Origin: a virus
Lineage: Duplodnaviria; Caudoviricetes
Direction: 5' to 3' (one strand)
Virus record (IMG/VR): IMGVR_UViG_3300037478_000171
Coordinates: 1 to 58,023 of that record
Length of the DNA: 58,023 nt
Below, in pieces: positions 55,841 to 58,023 of this stretch (position 1 is the stretch's first letter; each line of letters begins with the position of its first letter). The notes below the pieces were generated by a model. The model was given only the letters and a program-made list of their open reading frames with translations, did not search any database and was not told the DNA's origin. A program made the translations under genes and the position numbers.

Positions 55841-56041
55841 ATGCGTGTCCCCGCTGACCGGCAGGCGCTCCGAATGCCTGTGGCCGACCCGCCGGGCTGC
55901 TTAGGTTGCCGTGGTGGTCATGTCGTCCTGCGCCAAGGCCCGCGCGGGCTGTTCTACGGATGTTCTCGCTATCCCGAGTGCCGAAAGACAGAATCCGTGC
56001 GAAGCGTGGAGGAGCGGTATGACCCGCAGGACCCAGACTGA
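55841..56041 (+). CDS. Stand-alone topoisomerase-type C4 zinc finger
   Basis: CLGC...LRQGPRGLFYGCSRYPEC. Confidence 0.7.
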   Translation: MRVPADRQALRMPVADPPGCLGCRGGHVVLRQGPRGLFYGCSRYPECRKTESVRSVEERYDPQDPD

Positions 56042-57020
56042 CCGGCAGGCGCTCGTGGCACGGGCGGAACAATGGCTCGAACGGTGGCGAGTGAAAGACG
56101 GCCGAGAGCCCGAATACGACGAGGGCGATTGTTTGGTCTGTGGGGCATCAGCCGGAGAACCGCATGAGCCGACAGACCACTGCGGCATCATCGCGGATCT
56201 ACTCGCTCTGCTCCGCGCCGACGACGAGGCCGAGCCTCAGGGTAACTGTTCAACTTGTCGGTGGTGGGACGAACACAAGAACGCGGCTGGCCAGAGCATG
56301 CATGAAGGACGCTGCTTCCAGGGTGTTCGCGTAGGAAACCCGACGCGACAGTCGCCTGATGGAGGCCTCTACACACATGCATCATTCAGGTGTTCTGAGT
56401 TCACAGCCATCGGTGACGCCCCAGCCCCGTCCAGACCAGCGGGCGGGGCTGCGCCCGGGAAGTCCGGTGCGTGATCTCTACGTGAGTGAGTGCCTTGGCG
56501 ACAGGCGAGGGCTACGAATCTCGCAGCATCCCGGCCCGTGGTGCTCATGCGGCATCCACGTTCACGTCTGGCCTCTAGCTAAGGCTCATGTGGATCTCCA
56601 CCTTGGATGGTGGCTGATCTGTCTCGGGTTTCATTGGATGACGCGAAAGGACTGACCGATGCCTGACCCTGTGCCCGCGCCGCGCCTGACGGCTGAGCAG
56701 CGCGTTGCTCTTGAAGTCTGCGCCGCTAAACGGGAGCCGTGCGATGTCTGCGGTGAGGACGTGTGCCATCAGTGCTGTCCCGTGGGTGCGGCACGCGCAG
56801 CCCTTGCCCTCATCGACCACCAAGACCACGAGCTGATGGCCATCCGGGAGCAGGCGGAGACGCTGGCGGCTGATTTTCGTTCGTGCGCGAACAACGGGAT
56901 CGGTGGGCCACATGTCACCGAGGAATACGATAGCGGCTTCAAGAGCGCATTCCGTCATGCCGCTGCCGCGCTGGCCGCCCTGCGCCAGCCCACCCGCCCG
57001 CCCACGGAGGATCCAACGAC

Positions 57021-57274
57021 ATGATCAGTCGTCGCTGTGTCCCATTGAGGACGGCGCATGGGTGGAGCCGATCCGACGCGGGTATCGCCTCGAGTGCTGC
57101 GACTGCGGGCTCGTGCATCGGCTCAACTTCAGGCTCATCCGCCGGGGGCACGGCCGGGCGATTCAATTCCAGGCGTTCCGCCAGCGGCGCAGCCCTAGGG
57201 AGCGTGCGACGATTCGCGAGGGCGAGATTCGCCAGCAGGACACAGGGACAAAGGGCGACCCACTCTTCCCATGA
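57021..57274 (+). pseudogene. Apparently frameshifted CCDCGLVH-type small protein
   Basis: RBS and ATG at 57021 are out of frame with DGAWVEP..GY..CCDCGLVH. Confidence 0.45.
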
Positions 57275-57558
57275 CGGCCCGGAATATTCGAGCCTTCGGT
57301 GATACAATGCTCCACGCTCAGATGACGTTCGGATTTGTCGATTGGGAACGACATCGCCAATTGTGCGACTCGGCCGGTCGCCAGCTTCGTGTCTATCTGG
57401 ATGGTGTAGACATCACGGACCATTGCCATTGGGCCAACGATGAGACCGGAGAGGCATACGTCTTTCGGGTCGATGCTGATGGTAAGTATTACCTAGACCC
57501 AGAGAACACCGACGCGGCGGCTCACGACATCGTGAAGGGCACGGTAGAGATTCGATAA
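57271..57558 (+). CDS. Hypothetical protein
   Basis: VYLDG.D.T..C..A.DE.G ... G.VEI; ATGA coupling. Confidence 0.55.
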   Translation: MTARNIRAFGDTMLHAQMTFGFVDWERHRQLCDSAGRQLRVYLDGVDITDHCHWANDETGEAYVFRVDADGKYYLDPENTDAAAHDIVKGTVEIR

Positions 57559-57573
57559 GCGAAGTGCCCGGCC

Positions 57574-57936
57574 ATGCCGACTCCCCAGCCCCGACTCTGC
57601 CCCATCATGGGCTGCCCTCATCCACACCCCTGCTCCCATCATCAACCCAGGATCCAGGCCCATCGCCATCGCGGCTCAGCCTACCGTCGTGGCTACACCA
57701 AGCGCTGGCAACGCCTCTCCGCTGCTCATCTAGCTGCCTATCCCCTCTGTGGTCAGCGCCCAGGCGGGCTGCCTTCAGTCATGAGCCGCTGCGCCGAGCA
57801 GGGCTACGTCACGCTGGCTACCCAGGTCGATCATGTGGCCCCCCACAATGGCGACTCCCGCATATTCTGGGCTCCTGACAATCTGCAATCGCTATGCCAG
57901 AGCTGTCATGCGCGTAAGACGTTCGCTGGGCTGTAG
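57574..57936 (+). CDS. HNH endonuclease, HK97 gp74-like packaging cofactor
   Basis: RGY..RW, PLC, VDH..PH.GD...FW...NLQSLC..CH..KT; lies just before terS on the circular map. Confidence 0.88.
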   Translation: MPTPQPRLCPIMGCPHPHPCSHHQPRIQAHRHRGSAYRRGYTKRWQRLSAAHLAAYPLCGQRPGGLPSVMSRCAEQGYVTLATQVDHVAPHNGDSRIFWAPDNLQSLCQSCHARKTFAGL

Positions 57937-58023
57937 CACGCCCACTGGTGGGGGTAGACGCATGGCGTACACTGCCTGTAGCCGGGGGGCGGTCGAGCAA
58001 AGAGGGCCTTTTCCCCGGGGGAC

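Overview
This 58,023-bp, GC-rich window looks like an essentially complete tailed (siphovirus-type, HK97-fold) phage genome, linearised between an HNH gene (57574-57936) and terS (107-586), i.e. probably at or near a cos site. The left arm runs terS, terL, a small RHH-like gene, a protease-major capsid fusion, portal and a collagen-like protein. A ~7-kb translationally coupled block of five glycosyltransferase-like, three SAM-methyltransferase and one cobalamin-dependent radical-SAM genes then sits between the head genes and the head-tail connector. Neck and tail genes follow, then a GH108 lysis region, glycoside-hydrolase-like and beta-helix proteins, and a second group of virion-like genes. 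A reverse-strand GT87-like membrane glycosyltransferase precedes a divergent control region containing a dif-like site. The right arm carries ERF, HNH and nuclease genes, two DNA methyltransferases, many short genes separated by repeated junction motifs, and three candidate structured RNAs. I could not recognise an integrase, a canonical CI repressor, a helicase/primase or a polymerase. The best candidate for a new system is phage-encoded virion glycosylation/methylation, possibly targeting a Gly-Ser-Pro motif that recurs, with different codons each time, across the structural proteins. All product calls come from visual motif recognition; no database searches were run.
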